From Phycisphaeraceae bacterium (lineage in GTDB: Bacteria > Planctomycetota > Phycisphaerae > Phycisphaerales > Phycisphaeraceae), in assembly GCA_029260635.1 (NCBI GenBank), contig JAJDCW010000038.1, positions 745 to 64,744 of the forward strand: 64,000 nucleotides of DNA, written 5' to 3'. The notes under the pieces are model-generated. The model had not been told where the DNA came from. It saw only the letters and a list, made by a program, of their open reading frames with translations, and ran no database searches. Positions 46,220 to 55,948 of the stretch are shown here, piece by piece. Positions within the stretch are counted from its first letter, which is position 1; each line of letters starts with the position of its first letter. Position numbers and translations under genes: made by a program.

Positions 46220-48673
46220 TCAGCGTTTTTTACGGCTGCGGGGCTTGTTCTTTGGCTTCTTCCCGGCTTGGCTCTTGGGCTTGTCCGGTGTGGCTTTCTT
46301 CTTGCCCGGGGTCTTCCGGTGCTTCTTCTTCGTTTTAGCTTTATCTGGGTGTTTTGGTTGATCGCGACTGGTCTGGCCTTGCCGGAGGTTCGGGGATCGC
46401 TTCTTGTTTGCGCCGCTATCGACGATCACCATCTCCATGGTCCGCCGAGCCAGATCGACGGCGGCGACGCGGACGGTGAAGGTGCTGCCGATGGAAACGG
46501 TCTTGCCCGAGCGTTGAGCGACCAGAGCCCCGGTCTTTGGGTTGTGTTTCCAGCGGTCGTTGGCTGCACCCGGCAGGTCGTTGCTGCGGACAAAGCCGTC
46601 GATCAGGTATTTGTCGATCTGGATATAGACGCCCGCCCCCGTCACGCCGGTAACGGTTCCGGGGAAGTCCTCGCCCAGGTGCTCGCCCAGAAGTTGAAGG
46701 ACCAGGAAATTGCGTAGCTCGCGTTCGGCACTCTCGGAGTTCCGCTCCGTGGTCGAGCAGTGCTTGCCCAGTTCGCGGAGACTGTCTTCGGTGGGGACCA
46801 GATTTTCTGAAGCGAGTTGCCTGCCGATCTTCTGGGACTTCGGTTTCTTACTCTTCGGGTCGGTCGGTACGTGTTTGAGGTAGGCGTCGATCCCGCGGTG
46901 GACGACCAGGTCGGGGTATCGGCGGATCGGGCTGGTGAAGTGGGTGTAATGCTCGCTGGCCAGGGCGAAGTGTCCGATCAGCATCGGGGAGTACTCGGCC
47001 TTGCTGAGTGTGCGCAGGACCGCCATGTTCACGGAACGCTGCGCGGGCTTGTCTTTCACGGACAGCAGCAGTGTCTGGAGTTGCTTGCGGCTGGGTTTGC
47101 TGGGGATGTTGTAGCCGGCGACACGTGCGAACATGCGCAGGTCGTTGATGCCGTGGGCGTCTGGGTCGGGGTGGATACGCCGGATCATCGGGACGTCCAG
47201 GCGGTTGAACAACCGAGCCGCGGCTTCGTTCGCCTCGACCATGAACATCTCGATGAGCGTGTGTGTGAAGGCGTCGTCTTCCGGTTCAGCGTCGATCACT
47301 CGGCCGGAGTCGTCGAAGACCAATTCCACCTCGGGGAGCCCCAGCACGATCATGCCCTGGTCGAGCCTGCGGGCGCGGATGCGCTTGGCGAGGTCGTTCA
47401 TCAGCCGCGTCGCGTCGACGATAGGCTTGGGATAATTTGGTTCGGTTTTCGTGTGCTTGCGCGCTTCGGCGAGGTCGCCCTCGATCAGAGCCTGAGCCTC
47501 CAAGTAGGTCATCCGTTTGTCGGAGCAGATGACCGTGCGGGCGAAGCGTTCATGGAGAACCTTCCCGTTGTCATCGTATTTGATGAAGCAGGACTTGGCG
47601 TACCGATTGACGCCTTCCTGTAACGAGCAGACCCCGTTGCTGAGGACCTCCGGGAGCATCGGGACGACAACCCTGGGCAGGTAGGTGCTGTTGCCGCGTG
47701 CGTAGGCCTCTTCATCAAGCGCCGATCCGGGCGTGACGAAGTGGGCGACGTCAGCGATGTGTACGCCAAGCTCGAAAAATGTTTTGCCGTTCTCTTCGTA
47801 GGTCTGGATCGAGATGGCGTCGTCGTAGTCCTTAGCGGTGGGCGGGTCGATCGTGAGCGTGAGGATGCCGGTGATGTCTTCACGGTCCGGTGGTATCACG
47901 TCGCCGTTGAAGGCCTGCGATACCTTGCGGGCCTCTTCGGTGACGGCCGGGGGGAACTTGTCTGCCAGGCTGTACGCCCGCATGACAGACAGGGTTTCGA
48001 TCTCCGGTTCGCCGCCCTCACCGAGGACCTCGGTGATGACGCCCTCAGCCAGGTCGTGGGCGTCTTTAGGGTATTCGGTGATGTCGATGACGACCTTGTC
48101 GCCGACACGTGCGTTCTTGACCGAGGGGTCACGGATGACCACGGGGTCTTTCATCATCCGACCGTCGACCTGGACGACGTGGGTCTTTCCGCGTTTGATA
48201 AGCGTGCCGACGTATTGGCGGTCGACCCGTTCGAGGACCTCGATGATGCGTCCGACGAAGGGGGATTTGCCTGAGCCGGCGCGTTTGCCTTCGTGGATGA
48301 CTCGGGCGCGGACGCGGTCGCCATTCATGGCGTCGCCGCCGGAGCCGGGCGGGATGAACAGGTCCCCGTGCTGCGTGAGTTCGTCGGGCTGGAGGAAGCC
48401 GAAGCCCTTCTCGTGGGCGCGGAAGACGCCGACCATGTGCTTGCCCGGCGGGGGCAGGGCGATGGTGTCGGAGGACCCGAGGATGACGCAGCCGTCTTCG
48501 AGCAGGCCCTGGGCGGCCACCTCGAATTCGCCGAAGTCGGCATCACTGACGCCCAGGTCCTGGGCCAGTTGCCGGAGTGTGCGGGGTTCATACCGCGTGT
48601 TGGCGATATGCTTAAGTATGCTGCTGGTGTAACGTTGAGGCATGAGGGGCAATGAAACGAGGGGGCGGCTCAC
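46220..48673 (-). CDS. rnr: ribonuclease R
   Basis: Cold-shock/OB N-terminus, RNB catalytic domain (TIDPPTAKDYDDAISI, HFTSPIRRYPDLVVHR), S1 domain and a Lys-rich C-terminal tail. Confidence 0.9.
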   Translation of the reverse strand: MSRPLVSLPLMPQRYTSSILKHIANTRYEPRTLRQLAQDLGVSDADFGEFEVAAQGLLEDGCVILGSSDTIALPPPGKHMVGVFRAHEKGFGFLQPDELTQHGDLFIPPGSGGDAMNGDRVRARVIHEGKRAGSGKSPFVGRIIEVLERVDRQYVGTLIKRGKTHVVQVDGRMMKDPVVIRDPSVKNARVGDKVVIDITEYPKDAHDLAEGVITEVLGEGGEPEIETLSVMRAYSLADKFPPAVTEEARKVSQAFNGDVIPPDREDITGILTLTIDPPTAKDYDDAISIQTYEENGKTFFELGVHIADVAHFVTPGSALDEEAYARGNSTYLPRVVVPMLPEVLSNGVCSLQEGVNRYAKSCFIKYDDNGKVLHERFARTVICSDKRMTYLEAQALIEGDLAEARKHTKTEPNYPKPIVDATRLMNDLAKRIRARRLDQGMIVLGLPEVELVFDDSGRVIDAEPEDDAFTHTLIEMFMVEANEAAARLFNRLDVPMIRRIHPDPDAHGINDLRMFARVAGYNIPSKPSRKQLQTLLLSVKDKPAQRSVNMAVLRTLSKAEYSPMLIGHFALASEHYTHFTSPIRRYPDLVVHRGIDAYLKHVPTDPKSKKPKSQKIGRQLASENLVPTEDSLRELGKHCSTTERNSESAERELRNFLVLQLLGEHLGEDFPGTVTGVTGAGVYIQIDKYLIDGFVRSNDLPGAANDRWKHNPKTGALVAQRSGKTVSIGSTFTVRVAAVDLARRTMEMVIVDSGANKKRSPNLRQGQTSRDQPKHPDKAKTKKKHRKTPGKKKATPDKPKSQAGKKPKNKPRSRKKR

Positions 48674-48787
48674 AGTGATTCGGGTCCGGGCTTGAGCCCA
48701 CAGCCCGTCGAGCGTCTTGTGCCCGACCCCGCTATGCTACCGCAGATCAATCAAACGCGATAGAAGTACCCATACTGAGGTTAAATC

Positions 48788-49174
48788 ATGGCAACCGATG
48801 ACCAGATTATGAAAGCGGCGGGAGAACTTGGGGAATTGCTCGGGAAACATCCCAAGGTCGGTCGGCTCGAAGCGGCGATCAGCAAGCTCAAGGAAGATGT
48901 TGAGGCCCAGCGTGCCTTGAATGACCTGAACCGTCATCTGCAAACCGTGGCGGAAAAGGAGATGTCCGGACAGCCGATCGAGGTGGCGGACAAACGTAAG
49001 CTCCAGGAATTACAGACCTCGGTGGTCCACAACTTGGTCCTGCAGGAGTTCCAGCTCGCGCAGATGGATTACGTAGACCTGGTCCGTCGCCTGGATGACG
49101 CGATGTACGGCCGAAGCGCCGCGGCTCAAGCCGTCGGGGTGACCGGGGCACCGAGTCCCGCGACTCAGGGCTGA
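48788..49174 (+). CDS. YlbF/YmcA-like small helical protein
   Basis: The length and heptad-like pattern (LKEDVEAQRALNDLNRHLQ...LQELQTSVVHNLVLQEFQLAQMDYVDLVRRL) resemble the UPF0342/YlbF family. The call is tentative. Confidence 0.4.
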   Translation: MATDDQIMKAAGELGELLGKHPKVGRLEAAISKLKEDVEAQRALNDLNRHLQTVAEKEMSGQPIEVADKRKLQELQTSVVHNLVLQEFQLAQMDYVDLVRRLDDAMYGRSAAAQAVGVTGAPSPATQG

Positions 49175-49191
49175 GAAGCAGGTTTGACCCT

Positions 49192-50262
49192 TTATTCAGC
49201 GGGTGCTTGCTCGCCGACCGCCAACTGTTCATCTGTGAAGTTGAACGGCGGCGCTTTGAGGACCTCACGCCAGCGATCGACCGAGACTTTCAGTTCAGCC
49301 GCGTTATTAGGATCGACCAGCTGAGGCGGGTTAATCCTGGCGACCTGGCGAGCGATATCGTCCATGACCCGGCCACAGATGCCCGCCATTGAAGCCTTAT
49401 CCTGTTTGATCGCTTCGGCTTCATCATCATCGGGGTTGTCGTTGCCCGCGGACATCTGTTCGGCGATCAGCGCGTAGTAGCGGAAGGCGATCCGTGCCAG
49501 TTCCTTCTGTTCCCTGTCCACGTTCTGGTTGCCGGCCCGTTGGGCGATCAGCTTGCTCCAGAGTTGCTGCATCCCGCCGTGGACGGGCTTGAAGCGGACG
49601 CCTGGATTCTGTTTGTGGAAAATAACGCGGGCGTCGAGGCCATCAAGGACCTTCTGGATCGCCTCAGGTAATTCAATCTCGGACAGAGCGAGCATCACCT
49701 GCTCGAGGACCAGTGAGGAGTCTTCGGCCTTGAGGCGGGCGGCCATCACGTCTAGAACCTCCTGCTGCTCCGGTTTGCTGAGTCGTTTATTCTTAGCTGC
49801 GGCGCCTACGGATTTGGCGATCCAGTAACGCACGGCGGGGCTTGGGTCGTCGGCCCCGGCCTTGAGCACCGTGACCAGGCTCCGGCCGGATAATTTAGCA
49901 GTGACGATCGCGATATTTAACCGTGTCATCAGTGGGCCGTTGGGCACCAGCAACGGGGACACCCGCTGGGCGATGGCCTGGCTGTAGTAGAGGGTGAACA
50001 CGGGCGTGCTGCCGAGCCCGAATGGCTCTGCCAGCAGCGATCGGCCCAGGGCGACCTGCTCGGGATCACTGCTCTGCAAGCGGACGACCTGGGCGTCTAT
50101 AAAGCTATCGATCGTCGCCTTGGCGTCGGCGGATAACTCGTCTGGCTCCTGCAGTATGGCGGCGGGGAGCGAATCCTGTGCGAATAGAGGCTGATTCCCC
50201 AAGCCCAGCACCAGTACACACGTCGCCGCCAGTAGCCAATGCAGGCGTCGGCTGAAATTCAT
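49192..50262 (-). CDS. secreted alpha-helical (HEAT/ARM-like) hypothetical protein
   Basis: Signal peptide MNFSRRLHWLLAATCVLVLGLGNQPLFAQ. Helical repeat-like composition (DPSPAVRYWIAKSV). Confidence 0.5.
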   Translation of the reverse strand: MNFSRRLHWLLAATCVLVLGLGNQPLFAQDSLPAAILQEPDELSADAKATIDSFIDAQVVRLQSSDPEQVALGRSLLAEPFGLGSTPVFTLYYSQAIAQRVSPLLVPNGPLMTRLNIAIVTAKLSGRSLVTVLKAGADDPSPAVRYWIAKSVGAAAKNKRLSKPEQQEVLDVMAARLKAEDSSLVLEQVMLALSEIELPEAIQKVLDGLDARVIFHKQNPGVRFKPVHGGMQQLWSKLIAQRAGNQNVDREQKELARIAFRYYALIAEQMSAGNDNPDDDEAEAIKQDKASMAGICGRVMDDIARQVARINPPQLVDPNNAAELKVSVDRWREVLKAPPFNFTDEQLAVGEQAPAE

Positions 50263-50432
50263 CGGAATCCTCTCAGGCATTCGGGGAAATAAGCCGTCTG
50301 TCGCGGGGACGCGGCCTGTCCAGTATTGAAAAATTAGCATCGACCCCGAATACTGTCAAACATCCGGGCCTCGGCCCATCGCTCAACTGCTGACAAAACA
50401 AAGCCTTGTAGATCCGGTAGGACCCAGCGGGA

Positions 50433-50942
50433 CTAGCGGATCGAATTAATGCCCGGGAAGTCCAGGGGATACCAGAGCATGACAAAAATGGACCCGACGT
50501 AAAGCGCCAATCCGATCATGGTCATCACGATCCCGATTCGGTAATACCGGGTTTTTCGGTCCCTGTAAGCGAGGGTCAGATCAAGCCATGGCTCGATCTC
50601 CTGGCCCGGGTGCTGGGTCAACCAGCGCAGGTGCAGTACGCCGTAGCACACGGTCGCTGCGGCCGCCATTACCAGGGCGACCCCGCTTATGATCAGCCAT
50701 TTGGCGAGGTCATTAGTACCGGCGATCAGCCTGCCGGAGAACCCCGTGGTCGTGATGACGATGCCTGAAAGGCCAAGCAGGACCTGTGAGCGGTGGTGCA
50801 GGACCATGAAGTGCCGCTCGAGCATCTCCATGATGGAGCGGACATCATCCCGGCCATAGACCTGAATGATGCGGCGGACCTCTTCCTGACGGGTGCTGTC
50901 AGACATAAGATCATGATAACACAGGCGGGTGGTTTTCATCAC
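50433..50942 (-). CDS. hypothetical membrane protein (3 TM)
   Basis: Soluble 45-aa N-terminus followed by three hydrophobic helices. No known motif. Confidence 0.45.
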   Translation of the reverse strand: MMKTTRLCYHDLMSDSTRQEEVRRIIQVYGRDDVRSIMEMLERHFMVLHHRSQVLLGLSGIVITTTGFSGRLIAGTNDLAKWLIISGVALVMAAAATVCYGVLHLRWLTQHPGQEIEPWLDLTLAYRDRKTRYYRIGIVMTMIGLALYVGSIFVMLWYPLDFPGINSIR

Positions 50943-51080
50943 GCCGTTAATCTGGAGTGGTGGTATGGCCTAGGGGTGGGTCTTCGGTGTAGGGGGTTCC
51001 ATACGACTGGCTGGACTCTGCCGGTTGTGGGGGAGGTCTGTCAGAGATGAGGGTCGTCTTGACCAACTCACGCTCATTCT

Positions 51081-51698
51081 TTGGCTGTGGCACCCGATAG
51101 CCAGTGCATGGCGAGCCTGGATTCATCATTGCATAGCGTCGGGCAAGATCGGCGGCCTGGTGCGGGGCAGAGCCGCTCTAATCCATGGGCGTGTCTTGAA
51201 TGGAAACAGTGGGCACGCACAATCGTTTCAATCCGGGCAACCCCCAGGCAGATCGCATTGGGGATGGCGTTGGGGTCGTTTATCGCCTTCACGCCTCTGA
51301 TCGGCTTGCAGACCCTGCTGGCCGCCTTGTTTGCAACCCTGATCGGCGCTTCTAAAAAAGCAGCGATGTTGGCGGTCTGGATCAGCAACCCCCTGACCAT
51401 GGGGCCGATCTTTGCGGTGACGTATCAACTGGGTGTGCTGTTGGGCTCTCCGACGCCCGCGATGGCGTCTGCCCCCGGGCCCGTGATCGCCGGGACCGAA
51501 GCACCCATCAGCACGTTGGCGAGCAATCCCTACAGTTTCGAATGGCTGATGCAGGCCGGCTGGGGATACATCCTGCCCATGTTTCTGGGGGGCGCGCTGG
51601 TGGGCCTTCTGGCAGCATTCGTTGCTTATCAACTGACGCACCGCGGCGTCTTGGCATATCAAACCGCTCACACCCGTCGGCAATGTGTCCGATCATAA
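51081..51698 (+). CDS. DUF2062 family membrane protein
   Basis: ATPRQIALGMALGSFIAFTPLIGLQTLLAALFATLIGASKKAAMLAVWISNPLTMGPIF is the DUF2062 core. The start is uncertain (TTG at 51081 or ATG at 51108). Confidence 0.7.
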   Translation: MAVAPDSQCMASLDSSLHSVGQDRRPGAGQSRSNPWACLEWKQWARTIVSIRATPRQIALGMALGSFIAFTPLIGLQTLLAALFATLIGASKKAAMLAVWISNPLTMGPIFAVTYQLGVLLGSPTPAMASAPGPVIAGTEAPISTLASNPYSFEWLMQAGWGYILPMFLGGALVGLLAAFVAYQLTHRGVLAYQTAHTRRQCVRS

Positions 51699-51806
51699 GG
51701 CAGCGTCCGGATAAAAAACGTTATTTGGCCTGCTTTACTTTTTTTGAAGCAGTTTCAGGTGGTGTTATGCCATAGCCCTTTGCCCTGTAAGCCGATAGCT
51801 GCGTGT

Positions 51807-52478
51807 ATGAGCAGCCCTTTATCCAAGTCGTCGGGTGCCCGTGGATCGAGTATCGACTCGTCGGGTGCGGTCCGACTACGCCGCTGGTTGCGTGTGTTGA
51901 TCCCATTGCATACCAGCCCCAGGCGGATCGCGTTGGGCGTCTCGATCGGTGTACTGATCGCGTTCACGCCTTCTATCGGTTTTCAGATGGGGCTTGCGCT
52001 CGTGTTGGCATCCATCCTGAACGCATCGCGTGTTGCAGCGGTATTGTGCGTCTGGATCACGAACCCGTTGACGATGGGGCCTGTTTTTGCCCTGACTTAT
52101 GCGGTGGGACGCCCGTTTTGGTTTACTTCCCCGGATGTGGGTTTAGTCGAACTCAGCCAGTCAGTCGGCGGGAGTTACGGTTTTTTAAATTTTGTTGCCG
52201 TATTCAATGGATTCCAGAATATCTTCGGCCTGGGTTCGCAGATTGTCTTCCCGATGTTGATCGGCGGTTTAATCGTCGGGGCCATAACGGGGGGCCTGAG
52301 TTATCTCCCCGTGATAACGATCGCGTCTCACATTCAGAAACAGCGTCGTCGCCGGAAGCGAAGTGTTGGCCGACGCGAGATTCAAGGTATCGAAAGATCG
52401 TCACGCGGATCAGTCCGGTCGGTCGCCGACCGGGGTGCTGGCAACAGAATCACGGTGCCCACCCGACGGGCCGCGTAA
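51807..52478 (+). CDS. DUF2062 family membrane protein (tandem paralog) with basic C-terminal tail
   Basis: TSPRRIALGVSIGVLIAFTPSIGFQMGLALVLASILNASRVAAVLCVWITNPLTMGPVF. C-terminal KQRRRRKRSVGRRE. Confidence 0.7.
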   Translation: MSSPLSKSSGARGSSIDSSGAVRLRRWLRVLIPLHTSPRRIALGVSIGVLIAFTPSIGFQMGLALVLASILNASRVAAVLCVWITNPLTMGPVFALTYAVGRPFWFTSPDVGLVELSQSVGGSYGFLNFVAVFNGFQNIFGLGSQIVFPMLIGGLIVGAITGGLSYLPVITIASHIQKQRRRRKRSVGRREIQGIERSSRGSVRSVADRGAGNRITVPTRRAA

Positions 52479-52512
52479 TCGCAGCCTGGTTGATCGAAAA
52501 CAGGCGTTTCAC

Positions 52513-54132
52513 TTAATCCATCGATTCGTCGTGCGACTCGATATTCAATTCCTTGATCTTTTTATTAAGCGTGTTGCGGTTGATCCCCAGGAAGTCTGCG
52601 GTGCGGACCTTGATGCCGTTGTTGTGTGACAGCGCTTCGCGGATGAGCTGCTTTTCTATCTCGCCGACCACCAGGTCATAGACCTGGCCTTCGCAGGACT
52701 GGAACTCGCGAACCGCGTGCTCGGAAAGCCGTGCCGCCAGTGATTCGATCGACGTGTCGGTCGTCTCGGACCGGGTTTGCTTTGAGAACAAGCGTATCTG
52801 AAGCGGCAGCAGGTCAACTGATAAATCTTCGCCGGTCGATAAGACCACCGCCCGTTCCATCGCGTTCTCGAGTTCACGCACGTTGCCGGGCCAGGGGTAT
52901 CTCAGCAGGGTATTCAAGACATCGCGGTTGATTTTCCGCAGCCCGCGTTGATTCTCGGTGTTGTACTTATCGAGAAAAAAATCGATCAGGCGGGGGATGT
53001 CTTCCCGCCGTTTACGCAATGGCGGCAGGTTGATCTGGACCACGTTCAGTCGGTAGTAAAGGTCTTCGCGGAATGTGCCTTTGCGTACCTCGTCTTCAAG
53101 ATCAAGGTTGGTCGCCGCGATGATCCGCGTATCGACCTTGACCGTGCGGTGGTCACCCACACGCTCGAACTCGCGCTCCTGAAGAACGCGCAGGAGCTTG
53201 ACCTGGAGCTGGGGGTCCAGGGTCCCGATCTCGTCGAGGAATATCGAGCCACCCTCTGCGGCCTCGAACCGACCGACCTTGTCTTTGGTTGCGCCCGTAA
53301 AAGCGCCTCGGACGTGGCCAAACAATTCTGACTCCAGCAGCTGCGGCGACAAGGCACCGCAGTTGATCCGGATCAGGGGCTGGTCGGCCCGTGGTGAATT
53401 AAAGTGGATGGCCTTGGCGATCAACTCCTTACCACACCCGGTCTCACCCAGAAGCAGAACGGTTGCCCGGCTGCTGGCGACCTGACCAATCATCGCCAGG
53501 ACGTCCAGCATGGCTGAGCTGGAACCGATGATATTGTCGAACTTGTACTTGCCCCGAAGGTTGTCCCGCAGCAACTGCGTCTCTTCAAGCCAGTGCCCTT
53601 TTTCGACCTGGATCAGGTTGTGGATCCGGATGGTCTGGGCAATCGAGCCGGCGACGATGGTCAGTAGCCTGGTATCGGCGTGCAGGTGCTCATCGTCGAT
53701 ATAGGGCTTGTCGATACTGATGGTCCCGACGGTCTGGCCGCCATCATTCACAGGGACACAGATGAAGCTGATCGGCTTCGGTTCATGGCCAGCCTCGTCG
53801 AGGTCTCGGCTGCCCGTGCGGTTCAGGAACTCAGGATGACTTGCGATGTCTTTGATCACGGCGGGCTCACCCGAAGCCAGCACCTGCCCGGTCACCCCTT
53901 CACCGACGGCGTAGCGCCCCCTTTGCTGCTCTTGGGTACTTAATCCGGTACTCGCCACGATGCGCAACTGACCAGACGCCTGGTCCCATAAAACCAGTGC
54001 AGATCGCTGGATATGTAATTTTTCACTCAACAGCGACATGACACGTTGAAAGAGTTGGCTCAGCTCTAGACCATCGCCAAGGATTTGGCTGATCTGCTCC
54101 AGTATGTCTAATTCTTGTTCAGATCGATGCAT
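52513..54132 (-). CDS. sigma54-dependent transcriptional activator (GAF sensor + AAA+ + Fis-type HTH; NifA-like architecture)
   Basis: Motifs LLGETGCGKE, ESELFGHVRGAFTGA and GGSIFLDEIG. C-terminal HTH RTADFLGINRNTLNKKIKEL. The N-terminal 170 aa are GAF-like. Confidence 0.9.
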   Translation of the reverse strand: MHRSEQELDILEQISQILGDGLELSQLFQRVMSLLSEKLHIQRSALVLWDQASGQLRIVASTGLSTQEQQRGRYAVGEGVTGQVLASGEPAVIKDIASHPEFLNRTGSRDLDEAGHEPKPISFICVPVNDGGQTVGTISIDKPYIDDEHLHADTRLLTIVAGSIAQTIRIHNLIQVEKGHWLEETQLLRDNLRGKYKFDNIIGSSSAMLDVLAMIGQVASSRATVLLLGETGCGKELIAKAIHFNSPRADQPLIRINCGALSPQLLESELFGHVRGAFTGATKDKVGRFEAAEGGSIFLDEIGTLDPQLQVKLLRVLQEREFERVGDHRTVKVDTRIIAATNLDLEDEVRKGTFREDLYYRLNVVQINLPPLRKRREDIPRLIDFFLDKYNTENQRGLRKINRDVLNTLLRYPWPGNVRELENAMERAVVLSTGEDLSVDLLPLQIRLFSKQTRSETTDTSIESLAARLSEHAVREFQSCEGQVYDLVVGEIEKQLIREALSHNNGIKVRTADFLGINRNTLNKKIKELNIESHDESMD

Positions 54133-54406
54133 TGATCGCTAATTAAATCATCACTTACGGACGGATGCAAGCCTTATGTGCCGAAATGGTGCGCACAAAA
54201 CCAAACAAAAACCATACAAATATTAACGATTCGCCCTTTTCGCTTTGCTTTTGACATTACTGGGCTTACTCACTTTTTGTTACCCCATGGTCAGTCTTTG
54301 TGCGCTGACTTCTGACGTTTCGGCCAAAGGTGTAGGGCCTGTGTGTAGGCAACGGCTGATGGCTCTAACGCGAAACAACACGTCAACTGGTAGCGAGTGA
54401 TTTCAG

Positions 54407-55882
54407 ATGAGCCACACGGCCGAACACGCAATCTCAGACACAGTGCCTTCTGCCTTGGTTGAACTGCTGATCGAAGAGCATCAGGCGAGTACCGAGCCTC
54501 GGTTGCGCAGACTCTGGGATTATTACCGCAACCCTTCCAAGCGGGAAACGGGGGGAAAACTCAGTCACCTGGCACAAGAGGTGGGCCTGCCCAAGCGGTT
54601 GGCCCGATCAGGCGGCGGGGATTCCACAAGCGCAGTGGCCAGCCGAGAGGTCGTGATCGAGAACGACATCGCCTGGCGGATGCACACACACGTGGATTTT
54701 ATGTTTGGCAAGCCCCTGTCGATTCAGAGCACGGTTAAAGACCCGGCCCGGGCGAGAGCGATCCAACGCTTCCTGCAAAAAGTCATCGCGTCAAATGGTG
54801 GATCGAGATTCTTTCAGGATCTGGGCCTGCTGGGCTCTATCTACGGGTATGTGGATGTCCTGGTCCGCGTGGCTGACATCAACGAAACACCGGTGGATGG
54901 CGATTCGTCAGCGGCGGATCGGGTCGTGCTTGAAACCATCGAGGCCCCGCGTGCCATCCCGCTGCTGGATTCCCGGGATTACCGTCAACTCGACGCCTAC
55001 GTCCTGCACTTCCGCCAGAGAACGACACAGGTCGAACAAAACCATTTCTTATCAAGGGTTCGCAACCGCGTCCTTGGCGGAGTGGGACGTAGGCAGCGGG
55101 TGGTGGTTGAGCATACCGAGGTCTGGACAGCACAAACCCATCAGAACTTTGTCGGGAAAGAGGGGGTGCCGATCGCCGACCGAACGCTTGTCGGTCAGGG
55201 CCTGAACCGGCTAGGCCGGATCCCCGTTGTCCATATCCAGAATCTGTCACAGCCGTTTTTCTATGAGGGGCTCAGTGAGGTTGAACCGTTGATCCCGTTG
55301 CAGGACGAGTTGAACACGCGCCTGTCTGACCGGGCGAACCGGGTGACCTTCCAGTCGTTCAAGATGTATCTGGGCAAGGGGATCGAGAAGTTTACCGAAC
55401 GGCCCGTCGGCCCCGGTCAGATGTGGGCGACGGATAACCCGGACGCATCGATCACCGAATTTGGTGGCGATGGGAGCAACCCGTCTGAGGAAGAACACAT
55501 CCGTGAGATGCGCGAGGCGATGGATAAGGCCAGCGCTGTCAACCCGCTTGCCGCGGGCGTGCTGCGGTCCAAGGTCGGCAACCTTACCAGCGAGAACGCG
55601 CTGCGCATCGTGATGATGGGGTTGCTGGCCAAGGTTGACAAGAAGCGGCTGACCTATGGTGACGGTATCGAACAAGTCTGTGAGATGGTGCTCCACGCCG
55701 CCGACGTGTACGGCCTATTCCCCAACCTTCCGGAAGAACGCGGGGTCCGACTGGATTGGGCCGAACCCCTGCCGGACACCGACTCACAGCTGCTCCGTAA
55801 CGCGCTTCTAAAACTCGAAGCGGGCGTGCCCCGTCAACAGGTCTTGACCGAGTTGGGATACGCCGATCAGGCCGGAACATAA
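54407..55882 (+). CDS. phage portal protein (positional plus size call)
   Basis: A 491-aa protein immediately upstream of the scaffold and major capsid genes, with an acidic, helix-rich C-terminal half. I recognise no strict motif. Confidence 0.6.
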   Translation: MSHTAEHAISDTVPSALVELLIEEHQASTEPRLRRLWDYYRNPSKRETGGKLSHLAQEVGLPKRLARSGGGDSTSAVASREVVIENDIAWRMHTHVDFMFGKPLSIQSTVKDPARARAIQRFLQKVIASNGGSRFFQDLGLLGSIYGYVDVLVRVADINETPVDGDSSAADRVVLETIEAPRAIPLLDSRDYRQLDAYVLHFRQRTTQVEQNHFLSRVRNRVLGGVGRRQRVVVEHTEVWTAQTHQNFVGKEGVPIADRTLVGQGLNRLGRIPVVHIQNLSQPFFYEGLSEVEPLIPLQDELNTRLSDRANRVTFQSFKMYLGKGIEKFTERPVGPGQMWATDNPDASITEFGGDGSNPSEEEHIREMREAMDKASAVNPLAAGVLRSKVGNLTSENALRIVMMGLLAKVDKKRLTYGDGIEQVCEMVLHAADVYGLFPNLPEERGVRLDWAEPLPDTDSQLLRNALLKLEAGVPRQQVLTELGYADQAGT

Positions 55883-55948
55883 AACGGTAACGGATACGAA
55901 CAAACAGATGGGCCGACGCCCACGAACCCTTTGAACCAGGAAGACGAC

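Noticed and set aside
46817-48632. Plus-strand ORFs of 264-268 aa (46817-47623, 47838-48632) and several others inside rnr.
   Set aside because: They are antisense or out of frame relative to an RNase R gene with full domain complement. Their composition is low-complexity and Arg/Gly/Val-rich.
50943-51080. G-rich tract (GGGGTGGGTCTTCGGTGTAGGGGG...GGGGG) as a G-quadruplex.
   Set aside because: The loops between G-runs would be 11 and 32 nt, too long for a stable canonical G4.
51088-51102. TGGCACCCGATAGCC as a sigma54 -24/-12 promoter for the first DUF2062 gene.
   Set aside because: The GC of the -12 element is one position too close. The element also lies inside or at the start of the predicted CDS, downstream of where a promoter is needed.
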